Assembly: GCA_041650615.1 (NCBI GenBank)
Contig: JBAZKU010000001.1
Location: 185,216 to 249,215 of the forward strand
Reading direction: 5' to 3'
DNA from: Minisyncoccota bacterium
GTDB taxonomy: Bacteria > Patescibacteriota > Minisyncoccia > Phycocordibacterales > UBA9973
Length of the DNA: 64,000 nucleotides
Under the pieces are notes generated by a model that saw only the letters and a list, made by a program, of their open reading frames with translations, did not search any database and was not told the DNA's origin. Made by a program: the position numbers and the translations under genes. Of the stretch, positions 46,061-55,513 are shown one piece after another; position 1 is the stretch's first letter; each line of letters begins with the position of its first letter.

Positions 46061-47717
46061 CAAGAACTTTCGTGCGCCAAAATTTTGTCTTGAAAACTTT
46101 TATAATATCTCTTAATTCTTCACTCTTCAAAAGATACAAGACCAAAACACCGGCGCCAATACCTAAAATTCCGGAAATAAATCCCTGTAAGAAAATTCCC
46201 CAACCGGTGGTAGTGTCAAAAATCGGTGAAAAAATGTTCAAACCTATATAAGTTACAAGCCCGATAAAAAACGAAGCACCCAAACTTTGGAAAGAGGTTT
46301 TAGAGATAAAAGATTCGTGTTCCATAAAATCTCTTCTGACAAAATACCAATGCAAAATAAAATTCAAAATAGTACCGATAGAATATGCCAGCGGCAACAT
46401 TAACATTTCCGTGCCAACAATATCTGAAACTTTCAGTAAAGATTCTATAAAATAACGGAAAAGAGCAAAAGTTTCAAAGAGATAGAGAAGTATATAAGCT
46501 AAAAATATAATTAAAATAGAACAAAATAAATTAACCATTAACGGACGCTTGGTATCCCCAGCCGCATAATAAACGCGGGATAAAAGAGCGGTCATCCCTT
46601 GCGCCACAGTTGAGACAGCAAAAATCGCTAGAGCTGCTGCCACCAGACGGGTATCGTCCCAAGAAAAAGATCCGGAACCAAGCAATACACGTACAATCTG
46701 AGCGCGAAGGACGATAAATAAAAATGTTACGGGAAGCGACCAAAATATTATTTGCCTGGCCGTGGATTTTAAATGTTTTTTAAATTCATCTTTTTTTTCA
46801 CAAGCAAAAGATTTTACCAATGTTGGAAAAGCGGCTACGGCAAAAGATATTCCAATTATATTAAGTGGTACTGATTGAAGATTAAAGGAAAAATTAAAAA
46901 TTGAAATTGAACCGCTCGGCAAATAAGAAGCAAAGGCAATGATTGAAATAAGAGCAATACTGTTAAAAGCAAGACCTAAAGTTCTGGGAAGTGAAATAAG
47001 TGCTACACGTTTGATTTCTTTAAAGTTTATAGAAAAAGAAAATTTTGGTACAAATCCGCACCCAAAGGAAGCAAACACTTGCACTAGACAATGCATAAAC
47101 GCTCCCAAAACAACGCCTAAGACCAAACCGTTGATTCCAAAAATCGGATACAAAAAAACAACTCCTGCGATGATGCCAAGATTATAAAAAATAGGGCTTA
47201 AAGAATATACAAAAAACTTGTGAAAAAGTTGAGTAACCGTACCAAAAAGACCTGAAAGACCCATCAAAATCGGGGAAAGCAACATTATCCTTGAGAGTAA
47301 AACTACTTTTGCCTGCATTACTGGCGTAAACCCCGGCGCAATAAAAGATGTTAAAAAAGGCATAATAAAAAAAGCGATAATAGCCGCAAAAACCATAGTT
47401 GCAAAAAAAACAGTAAAAATATTATTAAAGAATTTGCGTGCGCTGTCTGTAATTTCTTCTCCATTCATTTTTTCCACAATGAATGGAATAATCACGGTTA
47501 TAGAAGCAAGAGAGGCGACGGAAATAAAGATTAAATCCGGTACACGAAAAGCGGCATAATAAGCATCAAGTTGTGGCGATGGACCGATAAAGTGCGCAAT
47601 ATTTCTATCACGAAAAAGCGCTAAAATTTGAGAAAGAAGAGTAAAACAACCCATTAGGAGCGCCGCTTGGTTTATATTCCCATATTCCTTACTGAAAATT
47701 TTCAAGATCTTCTGCAT
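46038..47717 (-). CDS. murJ: lipid II flippase MurJ (MviN)
   Basis: 14-TM MOP-superfamily protein with a typical MurJ N-terminus (NINQAALLMGCFTLLSQILALFRDRNIAHFIG). Confidence 0.85.
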   Translation of the reverse strand: MQKILKIFSKEYGNINQAALLMGCFTLLSQILALFRDRNIAHFIGPSPQLDAYYAAFRVPDLIFISVASLASITVIIPFIVEKMNGEEITDSARKFFNNIFTVFFATMVFAAIIAFFIMPFLTSFIAPGFTPVMQAKVVLLSRIMLLSPILMGLSGLFGTVTQLFHKFFVYSLSPIFYNLGIIAGVVFLYPIFGINGLVLGVVLGAFMHCLVQVFASFGCGFVPKFSFSINFKEIKRVALISLPRTLGLAFNSIALISIIAFASYLPSGSISIFNFSFNLQSVPLNIIGISFAVAAFPTLVKSFACEKKDEFKKHLKSTARQIIFWSLPVTFLFIVLRAQIVRVLLGSGSFSWDDTRLVAAALAIFAVSTVAQGMTALLSRVYYAAGDTKRPLMVNLFCSILIIFLAYILLYLFETFALFRYFIESLLKVSDIVGTEMLMLPLAYSIGTILNFILHWYFVRRDFMEHESFISKTSFQSLGASFFIGLVTYIGLNIFSPIFDTTTGWGIFLQGFISGILGIGAGVLVLYLLKSEELRDIIKVFKTKFWRTKVLVAPQEEL

Positions 47718-47778
47718 TTGATTAGGTTCTAGATTCTAGGTTCTAGCAACTAGTCACTAACACCTAGAAACCAATTTG

Positions 47779-49971
47779 TTATTGTTCTTTTTTAGTATTA
47801 TTTTTATCAGAAGTAATGGCAGAGGTAGCATTAGAACTTCCACTCTTTAAAGAATTAACATACTGCACTATGTCTTTATTGTCGGGGGCAAGAGATAAAG
47901 CCTCTTCTGCGTAAGCAAGAGCATTAGTATTGTTGCCATTGCTTTTCTCTATCTGAGAAATTGCAATTAAGGCATCTATATAATCGGGCTTCAAAGTAAG
48001 AGCCTCTTTCACAGAATTTTTTGCATCATTTACTTTTCCATTGGCAAAAAATACACGTGCCATGGCAAGTTTTATTCCAGGATTTAATGGATTAAGAGTT
48101 GAGGCTGTTTCATATGCCTCAATCGCTTTTTCAAAGGAATCTTCTATCCCCAATAAGGCAATTGTACTATACACAGTTCCTAAGGAGTCGTAATTTAAAT
48201 AATTTGTATTATTGTATGCCACCGCCAGTTGTGCGCCATTTATCGCTTGGCTAAAACTTGCTTGCAAATTAGCTTTATCTGTTTCAGTCAAAGAAGACCC
48301 TTTAGTAGATATAGAATTAATCTTTGCAAGGTAAACTTGCGCATAAGTGCGTAAATATAAATCGTTTTGATATAGCGAAACGGCTTTATTGATGGAATCT
48401 TCAGCTATGGGAATAGTAGAAGCAGAAAGTGTTTTTCCAAAATATATGACAGAGGCTAATCGTTCTATATATTTTACTCCGGCAGCGATAGAAGCAATCA
48501 TTATTACCACCAGGAAAAGTATGGAGAAAAAACTTTTTCTAGGGTCATCCAAAAACGAAAATGACATTTCTTTATTGAGATGACTGGAAGAAGATAAGCC
48601 TATAAACACTCCAGTGAAAGCAAAAGCCAATAAAAATATAACCCCACCCGTAGAATAGAAGAAAGATGCAGCAAACAAATAAAGGGACGCTACAAAGAAT
48701 ACCACCACTTCCCAATTTGTGTTGTTTTTAATACTAAAAAAAATAGATTTTATACCGGCAATTATAAATAAAACAAAAAACACAAGCCAAGCCAGGATAC
48801 CTAAATATCCGGTAGTGGAAGCAAAGGTTGGCAATAATCCCGAACCAGAATCAAAAGAAGCATTCCAAAATTGAGTAGAATTAATGACTTGAGGTTTATA
48901 CATTGCCCATACTTCTCCAAATTTATTCGGACCTGCACCTAGAATCGGATTTTTAATAAGAACATCTTTTGTCACTGACATTGTAGCTCCAAAAGAAGGC
49001 CTAATCTCAATATTTGACAAGCCTAAGCGATCCGGTAAAAATCCTCCGATAAATTGACTGGACATAAAAAACAAAAGTGAAAATAAAACTATAACGAAAG
49101 AAAACATCGGAAAACGTTTTTTCATTCCTTCTACTTCTATCTCTTCGGCAGGCAAGCTTTCTTGTCCGAGAGGCAGACGTTTTCCGCCAAAAGAAAAAGA
49201 GACTTTATAAACAAAAATAATTAAAGCAAAAATTCCAAGAAGTTCCCAAACTAACGGAAAATTCACCGCCACAGCCAGTATAATTGAAAATGTAATTAAA
49301 ATTCCCAGTAGCCATTTGGCTGTTTTTGAGATAGAAAAAAATTCAATTATAAAAAGGGGCATAATGACAGAAAAACCGGCAAAGAGTCCGAATGAATTCC
49401 AAGACCCCAAAATATTATCGGTCTTTCCACTTAAAACTCCTAACGACAAAAATTCAGGTATAAAAAAACGAAAAGTCTGAAATATAAACAAAATAGCAGA
49501 AGATAAAATTAGGCCTAAAAAAACTGCCATAGCTTTTCTTTTATCTTTTAAAACAATAGAAGAAATCAACATCAAAAGAATAGCTCCTAGCATAAAATAA
49601 AAAGTGCCAATATCAAACATTGTGCCAAAAAGAGATACTTTCAAAGCCGAGGAAAATAAAGCAGAAGCAAGAAACACTAAGAGAATTCCGAAAACAGAAA
49701 ACAAGAGCCAAGATTTTGGTAAATTAATCTTTCCATCTAAAAATCGAGCTGCTATCCAAGAAACTATTGAAATAACCAAACCTACCACTAAAAGCAAACC
49801 TTTTGAAGTTTCAGTCGGAATTTGAGTGAAAGGCAGAAAGAAAATCGGTAATAACACTATCACTGTAAAAAGCGACCAAAAAGAGATTCTATCTAAAATA
49901 TTTGATAACATATTATTTTCGCTCAAGGCGAATCCGCCCATGGCGGAAAGAATATTAATAAAAACTTTCAA
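47779..49971 (-). CDS. O-antigen ligase-like polytopic membrane protein with C-terminal TPR repeats
   Basis: About 12 TM segments followed by about 5 TPR-like repeats. Confidence 0.55.
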   Translation of the reverse strand: MKVFINILSAMGGFALSENNMLSNILDRISFWSLFTVIVLLPIFFLPFTQIPTETSKGLLLVVGLVISIVSWIAARFLDGKINLPKSWLLFSVFGILLVFLASALFSSALKVSLFGTMFDIGTFYFMLGAILLMLISSIVLKDKRKAMAVFLGLILSSAILFIFQTFRFFIPEFLSLGVLSGKTDNILGSWNSFGLFAGFSVIMPLFIIEFFSISKTAKWLLGILITFSIILAVAVNFPLVWELLGIFALIIFVYKVSFSFGGKRLPLGQESLPAEEIEVEGMKKRFPMFSFVIVLFSLLFFMSSQFIGGFLPDRLGLSNIEIRPSFGATMSVTKDVLIKNPILGAGPNKFGEVWAMYKPQVINSTQFWNASFDSGSGLLPTFASTTGYLGILAWLVFFVLFIIAGIKSIFFSIKNNTNWEVVVFFVASLYLFAASFFYSTGGVIFLLAFAFTGVFIGLSSSSHLNKEMSFSFLDDPRKSFFSILFLVVIMIASIAAGVKYIERLASVIYFGKTLSASTIPIAEDSINKAVSLYQNDLYLRTYAQVYLAKINSISTKGSSLTETDKANLQASFSQAINGAQLAVAYNNTNYLNYDSLGTVYSTIALLGIEDSFEKAIEAYETASTLNPLNPGIKLAMARVFFANGKVNDAKNSVKEALTLKPDYIDALIAISQIEKSNGNNTNALAYAEEALSLAPDNKDIVQYVNSLKSGSSNATSAITSDKNNTKKEQ

Positions 49972-50030
49972 CGACTTTATTGATACTCACATCATACTAT
50001 AAATCGGCTGCATTTAACAAGCATATTAGG

Positions 50031-52619
50031 CTAACTTAGTATGTTAATAACCCTATTTTTTACATAAATGACTCTTTTTATATCTTTATTCAGATGTTTT
50101 AAAACATTTTCATCTGTAAGAGCTTTTTTCTTCACTTCATCTTCTATCTCATCCATTTGGATCAAAATTTCAGATCTGACTCTACCATTTACTTGCACGG
50201 CAATTTTTATTTCCTGGTCTTTTACTAAATCCTCATCCCATTTTGGCCAAGCTGAAAGATGAATACTTTTTTTCTCTCCTAAATCATACCAAATATTTTC
50301 AGTAATGTGTGGAGCAAATGGAGCTAAAATTTGCAAGAATTTTTTGTAATCTTCCGCGTCTATATTTTCCACTTTTTCCATTTCTGTCGCGAGTATCATC
50401 ATGGCGGAAATCGCAGTATTAAAACGCATATTTTCTATATCTTCCGAAACTTTTTTAATTGTTTTGTGTAGTAGCTTTTTCAAAGATTGCGAAGCAGAAC
50501 TTTTTTCGGCATACGCAATATTAGGTTCGTGAACCACATTCAGGTTCGAGTGCGAGCCGTGAAAAAGTTGCTGCTTCGCAATCTTTTCTGCTATTCTCCA
50601 AACTTTTTCTATAAATCTTCTAGAACCAATAATACTTTCCGTGCTCCAGGCAACTGCTTCCTCAAACGGTCCCATAAACATTTCATAGACACGCAAAGTG
50701 TCTGCGCCGTAAGTTTTAACAATATCGTCTGGATTTACGACATTACCTAAAGATTTTGACATTTTTACCCCTCCTTCGCCCAAAATCATCCCATGAGAAG
50801 TTCTTTTCTGATAAGGTTCTACTGTTGGCACAAGTTTTAAATCATATAAAAACTTATGCCAAAAACGTGAATACAATAAATGAAGAGTGGTGTGTTCCAT
50901 TCCCCCGTTATACCAATCAATCGGCGTCCAATATTTTAATTTTTTCTTATCTGCAAAGATTTTATTATTTTTAGGGTCCGTATATCTTAAATAATACCAA
51001 GAGCTTCCAGCCCAGTTCGGCATCGTGTCTGTTTCCCTTTTTGCTTTGCCGCCGCATTTCGGACATTTTGTATTTACCCATTTTGAAATGGAGGCAAGCG
51101 GAGATTCGCCCGTATCTGTCGGTTTATAACTTTTTACTTCTGGTAATTTTATCGGCAAGTCCTTATCCGGCACCGGTACCAGTCCGCATTTTTCGCAATT
51201 AACCAACGGTATCGGTTCACCCCAGTATCTCTGTCTTGAAAAGACCCAATCTCTTAATTTGAATTTTGTGACAATTTTCCCACCGACAAATTCCGTGATT
51301 TTTTTTCGGGCTTCTTCAGAACCCATGTAATCAAATTGTTTAGAAGAATGTATTAAAATACCTTCCCCATCATAAAAATCTTTTGGTTCTCCTTCCAATA
51401 AATCTGCATCAGTAATAACCTGTCTTATCGGCAAATTGTATTTCTTAGCAAAAGCAAAATCTCTTTCATCATGAGCAGGAACTGCCATAATGGCGCCTGT
51501 GCCATAATCCGGCAATACATAGTCAGCAATAAAAACAGGCACTTCTTCATCATTTGCCGGATTTATTGCTTTAATGCCTTTTAACTCCACCCCCGTTTTT
51601 TCTTTTTCATCAGCCGTTCTTTCAATTTCAGATTTTTTCTTTGCCTTTTTTATATATTCTTCAACTTCTTTTTTATTTTTAACTTGCCCTAAAAATTTTG
51701 TCACCAACGGATGTTCAGGAGCAAGTACGACATAAGTCGCTCCAAAAAGCGTATCCGCGCGCGTGGTGAATACTTTTATTTTAAAAGATTGCGAAGCAGT
51801 GCTTTTTTCGGCATACGCAATATTAGGTTCGTTAACCATATTCAGGTTCGAGTGCGAGCCGTGAAAAAGCATCTGCTTCGCAATCTTTATCTTAAAAACA
51901 ATCTCGCTTCCTTCCGACTTTCCTATCCAGTTTCTTTGCTGAATTTTTACCCGCTCCGGATAGTCAACCAAATCCAAATCTTTATCCAATCTATCCGCGT
52001 ATTTTGTAATTGCCAGCATCCATTGTTCTTTTTCTCTCTTTTCCGTCTTACTTCCGCAACGTTCGCAAATTCCGCCTGACGCCTCCTCGTTCGCCAAGCC
52101 GATTTTACAGGAAGGGCACCAATTTATATAAGATTTCGCTTTATATGCCAAACCTTTTTTGAAAAATTGCAAAAATATCCATTGCGTCCATTTATAATAT
52201 TTAGGGTCGGTAGTATTTATTTCCCGGGTCCAATCAAAAGAAATGCCAAGCATTTTTATTTGCCTACGGAAATTGTCCGTATTTTTTTTAGTTACAATTG
52301 CCGGATGAATACCTGTTTTAATAGCATAATTTTCTGTTGGTAAACCAAAGGCATCCCAACCGATAGGATAAAGTACATTTAAACCTTCCATTCTTTTTTT
52401 TCTAGAAATAACATCCATTCCGATATATGGCCTCGGATGTCCTACGTGCAGTCCATCGCCGGATGGATAAGGAAATTCAATTAGGGCGTAAAATTTACGC
52501 CCTAATCGCCCCGTAGCGAGTTTTGCTCCACTACCGGGGCTCGTGGTATTGTAAATTCCGCTCTTCTCCCATTCTTTTTGAACCCTTAATTCGATTTTTT
52601 TATGATCATATTCCTTCAT
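50031..52619 (-). CDS. leuS: leucine--tRNA ligase carrying two 35-aa in-frame copies of a repeat element plus an N-terminal insert
   Basis: HVGH (PYPSGDGLHVGHP) and KMSKS motifs. Start trimmed to MKEYDHKK. Two near-identical segments ..LFHGSHSNLN(V/M)V(H/N)EPNIAYAEKS.. disrupt conserved blocks. Confidence 0.9.
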   Translation of the reverse strand: MKEYDHKKIELRVQKEWEKSGIYNTTSPGSGAKLATGRLGRKFYALIEFPYPSGDGLHVGHPRPYIGMDVISRKKRMEGLNVLYPIGWDAFGLPTENYAIKTGIHPAIVTKKNTDNFRRQIKMLGISFDWTREINTTDPKYYKWTQWIFLQFFKKGLAYKAKSYINWCPSCKIGLANEEASGGICERCGSKTEKREKEQWMLAITKYADRLDKDLDLVDYPERVKIQQRNWIGKSEGSEIVFKIKIAKQMLFHGSHSNLNMVNEPNIAYAEKSTASQSFKIKVFTTRADTLFGATYVVLAPEHPLVTKFLGQVKNKKEVEEYIKKAKKKSEIERTADEKEKTGVELKGIKAINPANDEEVPVFIADYVLPDYGTGAIMAVPAHDERDFAFAKKYNLPIRQVITDADLLEGEPKDFYDGEGILIHSSKQFDYMGSEEARKKITEFVGGKIVTKFKLRDWVFSRQRYWGEPIPLVNCEKCGLVPVPDKDLPIKLPEVKSYKPTDTGESPLASISKWVNTKCPKCGGKAKRETDTMPNWAGSSWYYLRYTDPKNNKIFADKKKLKYWTPIDWYNGGMEHTTLHLLYSRFWHKFLYDLKLVPTVEPYQKRTSHGMILGEGGVKMSKSLGNVVNPDDIVKTYGADTLRVYEMFMGPFEEAVAWSTESIIGSRRFIEKVWRIAEKIAKQQLFHGSHSNLNVVHEPNIAYAEKSSASQSLKKLLHKTIKKVSEDIENMRFNTAISAMMILATEMEKVENIDAEDYKKFLQILAPFAPHITENIWYDLGEKKSIHLSAWPKWDEDLVKDQEIKIAVQVNGRVRSEILIQMDEIEDEVKKKALTDENVLKHLNKDIKRVIYVKNRVINILS
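50482..50586. mobile_element. 105-nt palindromic element in leuS, copy 1: 25-bp inverted flanks aaagattgcgaagcag.. around a 55-nt conserved core
   Basis: 16-bp perfect IR aaagattgcgaagcag/ctgcttcgcaatcttt. Length is a multiple of 3 and is translated. Confidence 0.85.
51784..51888. mobile_element. 105-nt palindromic element in leuS, copy 2 (same orientation, about 1.3 kb from copy 1)
   Basis: About 93% identical to 50482..50586, with the same IR flanks. Confidence 0.85.
52490..52545. repeat. GC-rich imperfect palindrome (ccccggtag..ctacgggg) encoding an extra SPGSGAKLATGRLGRK segment near the LeuS N-terminus
   Basis: A GC island in frame. The segment is absent from canonical LeuS N-termini. 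Confidence 0.45.
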
Positions 52620-52639
52620 AAAATCACTTAACAATATTT

Positions 52640-53674
52640 TTATCTTACTGCAGATTTTGAATACGGCGGATAAATATCTTTATCTATGGTGCGCTCAAAA
52701 CAAGTTCGCCCGGATTGGTGGTCCCAAGATTCATTTATTCCTCCTCTGTATGGATAAGACACAGCAGATGTTTCTTTGGTGTCATAAGCAACCATCGGTA
52801 TTATTCCTCCACCATTACTGCTACCGTACTCCCTCCAACCTTGCGGCATCGGCAAAGCGAAAGTGGCGCAAAGTTCAAATTTTAGTTCATCCTTTATGAA
52901 ATATTCATATATATTCCCCTTTTCAAATTCCGGGTCAACAGGCAATGAATACCCTGTCAGAGGATTGGAGAGATCAGAAAGCTTAGCTGGTAATTTTTCT
53001 TTTTGCTGCCAATAATTTATTACCTGATATTGAATACTTTGGAGATCATCTATTCGTTTATCATCCAAGCGAAGCGATCTTTGTTTTGCTGGGCTACCCA
53101 TAATTAAGAAACTGAAAGAGATTGCCGCGATAACTAAAATAAAACTAACGGAAGAAAAAATCAGACCGCTTCTTCTTATATTAAAACCAAATATTTTATT
53201 GTCTTTGAGATCCAGAATGTAATATTTACCAACAACCAAAGCGGTTACCAATACCACAACAACCTTTAGTATGAATCTGGTAGTAATTTCACCGGAGATA
53301 AAATATCTTATAAGCGCAACCAAATCCACCATGAGAACCATCGCGGATAAAAATAAAATAATATATATAACCCATTTTCTAATAATATGGTCCGTGGTTC
53401 CCATTTCTCCTTTGGTAAATTTTTTCCAAAAATAAGAAATTATAAGAAAAACGGGGAAAAATATAATGAGAGTAGCGAGCGCCATACGGATATTTTCATA
53501 ATCATAAGTTAAATACCCATATTGGTAACTTGCGTTTAAAACATCCGGGAAACGTTTATTTAGCGTCTCAAAAACAAGGTTAAGAAAAGATGTTACCGAA
53601 GTTATTAATGTTATTAATAATCCCAAACACAAAAAGAAAAAACCTATATTTAGTCTTTGTTTATTTGTTTCCAT
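52640..53674 (-). CDS. hypothetical polytopic membrane protein (344 aa)
   Basis: About 6 TM helices, then a soluble C-terminal domain. Immediately upstream of leuS. Confidence 0.45.
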   Translation of the reverse strand: METNKQRLNIGFFFLCLGLLITLITSVTSFLNLVFETLNKRFPDVLNASYQYGYLTYDYENIRMALATLIIFFPVFLIISYFWKKFTKGEMGTTDHIIRKWVIYIILFLSAMVLMVDLVALIRYFISGEITTRFILKVVVVLVTALVVGKYYILDLKDNKIFGFNIRRSGLIFSSVSFILVIAAISFSFLIMGSPAKQRSLRLDDKRIDDLQSIQYQVINYWQQKEKLPAKLSDLSNPLTGYSLPVDPEFEKGNIYEYFIKDELKFELCATFALPMPQGWREYGSSNGGGIIPMVAYDTKETSAVSYPYRGGINESWDHQSGRTCFERTIDKDIYPPYSKSAVR

Positions 53675-53685
53675 ATCTTTTTATT

Positions 53686-54651
53686 TTAGCACCAAATAGC
53701 CGTATTTGAAAGCGGAATAATGCGATTGTTTGATTTTTCAAGCAAGCATAATTCACCGGCTGAAACTTCCCCTTTCAAGCCAGTCATAATATTTTCCAGC
53801 GCATAACCTAAAGAGAATGAAGACAAATCTGTCGCATAAGAATTTAAAATAATAAAAAGCGGTTTGTCGCTTAAAATTTTTCGCACCCCTTCTAGAAGCT
53901 TCGGCAAATCTTTTTCTATGTCCCAAGTTTCCCCTTTTGGTCCGCGGCCGAATTTCGGCGGGTCCATTATCACAGCATCATACTTGTTTCCCCTTTTTTC
54001 TTCACGTTCAATAAATTTTAAAACATCTTCACAGATAATTCGCATTGGCATATCTCCCAATCCAGAAATTTTTTGATTTTCTTTTGCCCATTCGGTGGAA
54101 GATTTTGAAGCGTCTATGTGTGTGACTTCCGCGCCGGCACGAAGAGCAAAAAGACTGGCCACCCCGGTGTAACCGAATAAATTTAAGAATTTAATTCTAG
54201 GCGAGCTTGAGGAAGAATTTTTTAGAAACGTGTGGGTCCCCTGTCCTTTTGACTCCGAGGGCGCAGTTTCAGAAAAATTCTTCCTCAAGCTCGCCATTCC
54301 GATTTTTTCTTCTATAAAATCCCAATGAACTGCCTGTTCGGGGAAAAAACCTAAATGTCTGAAAGGTGTAGGTGAAGCCAAAAATTTGATACCTTTATAC
54401 GACATTCCCCATTTATCTCCAATTTTTTTGTTCATTTTCCAGCCACTCTTAGCGCCAGTCTTAGAACTCCAAAACTTTCCGTCTGCTTTTCCCCACTCTT
54501 TGCTTCCCAGAGTTTTATTCCAAACAGCCTCCTCATAAGGACGTATAAAAGTATATGGACCAAACTTTTCTAATTTCTCTCCCTCTCCTGTATCCAGAAG
54601 CTTATAATCAACCCAATCTTTTGCACAAAAAATTTTAATTTCTTTTTTCAT
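53686..54651 (-). CDS. class I SAM-dependent RNA methyltransferase (RlmI/YccW-like) with a 32-aa in-frame insertion
   Basis: SAM-binding LNLFGYTGVASLFALRAGA..VTHIDAS, with a PUA-like N-terminus. The insertion ASLRKNFSETAPSESKGQGTHTFLKNSSSSSP is encoded by the palindromic element at 54200..54295. Confidence 0.65.
   Translation of the reverse strand: MKKEIKIFCAKDWVDYKLLDTGEGEKLEKFGPYTFIRPYEEAVWNKTLGSKEWGKADGKFWSSKTGAKSGWKMNKKIGDKWGMSYKGIKFLASPTPFRHLGFFPEQAVHWDFIEEKIGMASLRKNFSETAPSESKGQGTHTFLKNSSSSSPRIKFLNLFGYTGVASLFALRAGAEVTHIDASKSSTEWAKENQKISGLGDMPMRIICEDVLKFIEREEKRGNKYDAVIMDPPKFGRGPKGETWDIEKDLPKLLEGVRKILSDKPLFIILNSYATDLSSFSLGYALENIMTGLKGEVSAGELCLLEKSNNRIIPLSNTAIWC
54200..54295. mobile_element. 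96-nt palindromic element in the methyltransferase gene: 23-bp perfect inverted flanks ggcgagcttgaggaagaattttt around a GC core gtgggtcccctgtcct..gactccgagggcgcag
   Basis: Flanks are exact reverse complements. The core is about 85% identical to the core at 9513..9559. 96 nt = 32 codons. Confidence 0.8.
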
Positions 54652-54655
54652 TATT

Positions 54656-55474
54656 TTATATTAAAAATTCTATTACGTCGCCATCTTTGACTATATAATC
54701 CTTGCCTTCGGTTCGCACCCAACCTTTTTCTCTGGCTTTTACGAAAGAACCAGCTTCTATAAGCTTCTCATAAGCTACTACTTCTGCTCGAATAAATTTA
54801 TCTCGAAAATCGGTATGAATAGATTTACCGGCAATGGGCGCTGTGGCTCCACGAATCGTAGTCCAGGCACGAGATTCATCTTCTCCAGTGGTAAAAAACG
54901 TAATTAAATTTAATAAATCATAACCAGCCTGAATAAGTTTATCTAACCCTGTGCCGAAAATTGGGTCCACTTCTATATAGGGTCCGGGAAGTTTGGAAAT
55001 GAAATCTTTTTTTATATTTTCCGCCGCTTCGGAAGTGTTTAAAACATAAAGCGTCGGTTTTTTAATCCCCGCTTGTTCCAATTCAAAGTTTATCACTTCT
55101 ATATCAAAAAGCGGATCAATTTTGTCGTGCACATGAATCATCGTTTTATCTTCAAAAATTCGCACCACTTCAATAATTGCATCCACTTCGCGAATATGCG
55201 AGAGAAATTTATTGCCAAGCCCCGCGCCCTCTGATGCTCCCTTTACCAAGCCGGCAATATCCACAAATTCAACTACTGCCGGAATGGTTTTTTTTGATTT
55301 GGACATTTCTGAAAGTTTGATTAAACGTTCATCCGGCACCGGCACAATGCCCACTGACGGGTCAATGGTGCAAAAAGGATAATTCTCCGCCGGGACACTT
55401 TTTTTTGTCAGCGCGTTAAAAAGCGTGGATTTTCCGACGTTCGGTAAACCTACAATTCCTATACTTAATGACAT
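54656..55474 (-). CDS. ychF: ribosome-binding ATPase YchF (short form)
   Basis: [28 protein letters not shown]. Confidence 0.8.
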   Translation of the reverse strand: MSLSIGIVGLPNVGKSTLFNALTKKSVPAENYPFCTIDPSVGIVPVPDERLIKLSEMSKSKKTIPAVVEFVDIAGLVKGASEGAGLGNKFLSHIREVDAIIEVVRIFEDKTMIHVHDKIDPLFDIEVINFELEQAGIKKPTLYVLNTSEAAENIKKDFISKLPGPYIEVDPIFGTGLDKLIQAGYDLLNLITFFTTGEDESRAWTTIRGATAPIAGKSIHTDFRDKFIRAEVVAYEKLIEAGSFVKAREKGWVRTEGKDYIVKDGDVIEFLI

Positions 55475-55513
55475 AATATGGTTTATTTTATCACAAAAAT
55501 CTATAAATCCTTA

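Noticed and set aside
47720-47778. ttctag/ctagaa-rich palindromic stretch between the O-antigen-ligase-like gene and murJ, checked as a possible terminator or mobile-element end
   Set aside because: No T-run and no matching partner elsewhere in the window. Probably a simple local palindrome.
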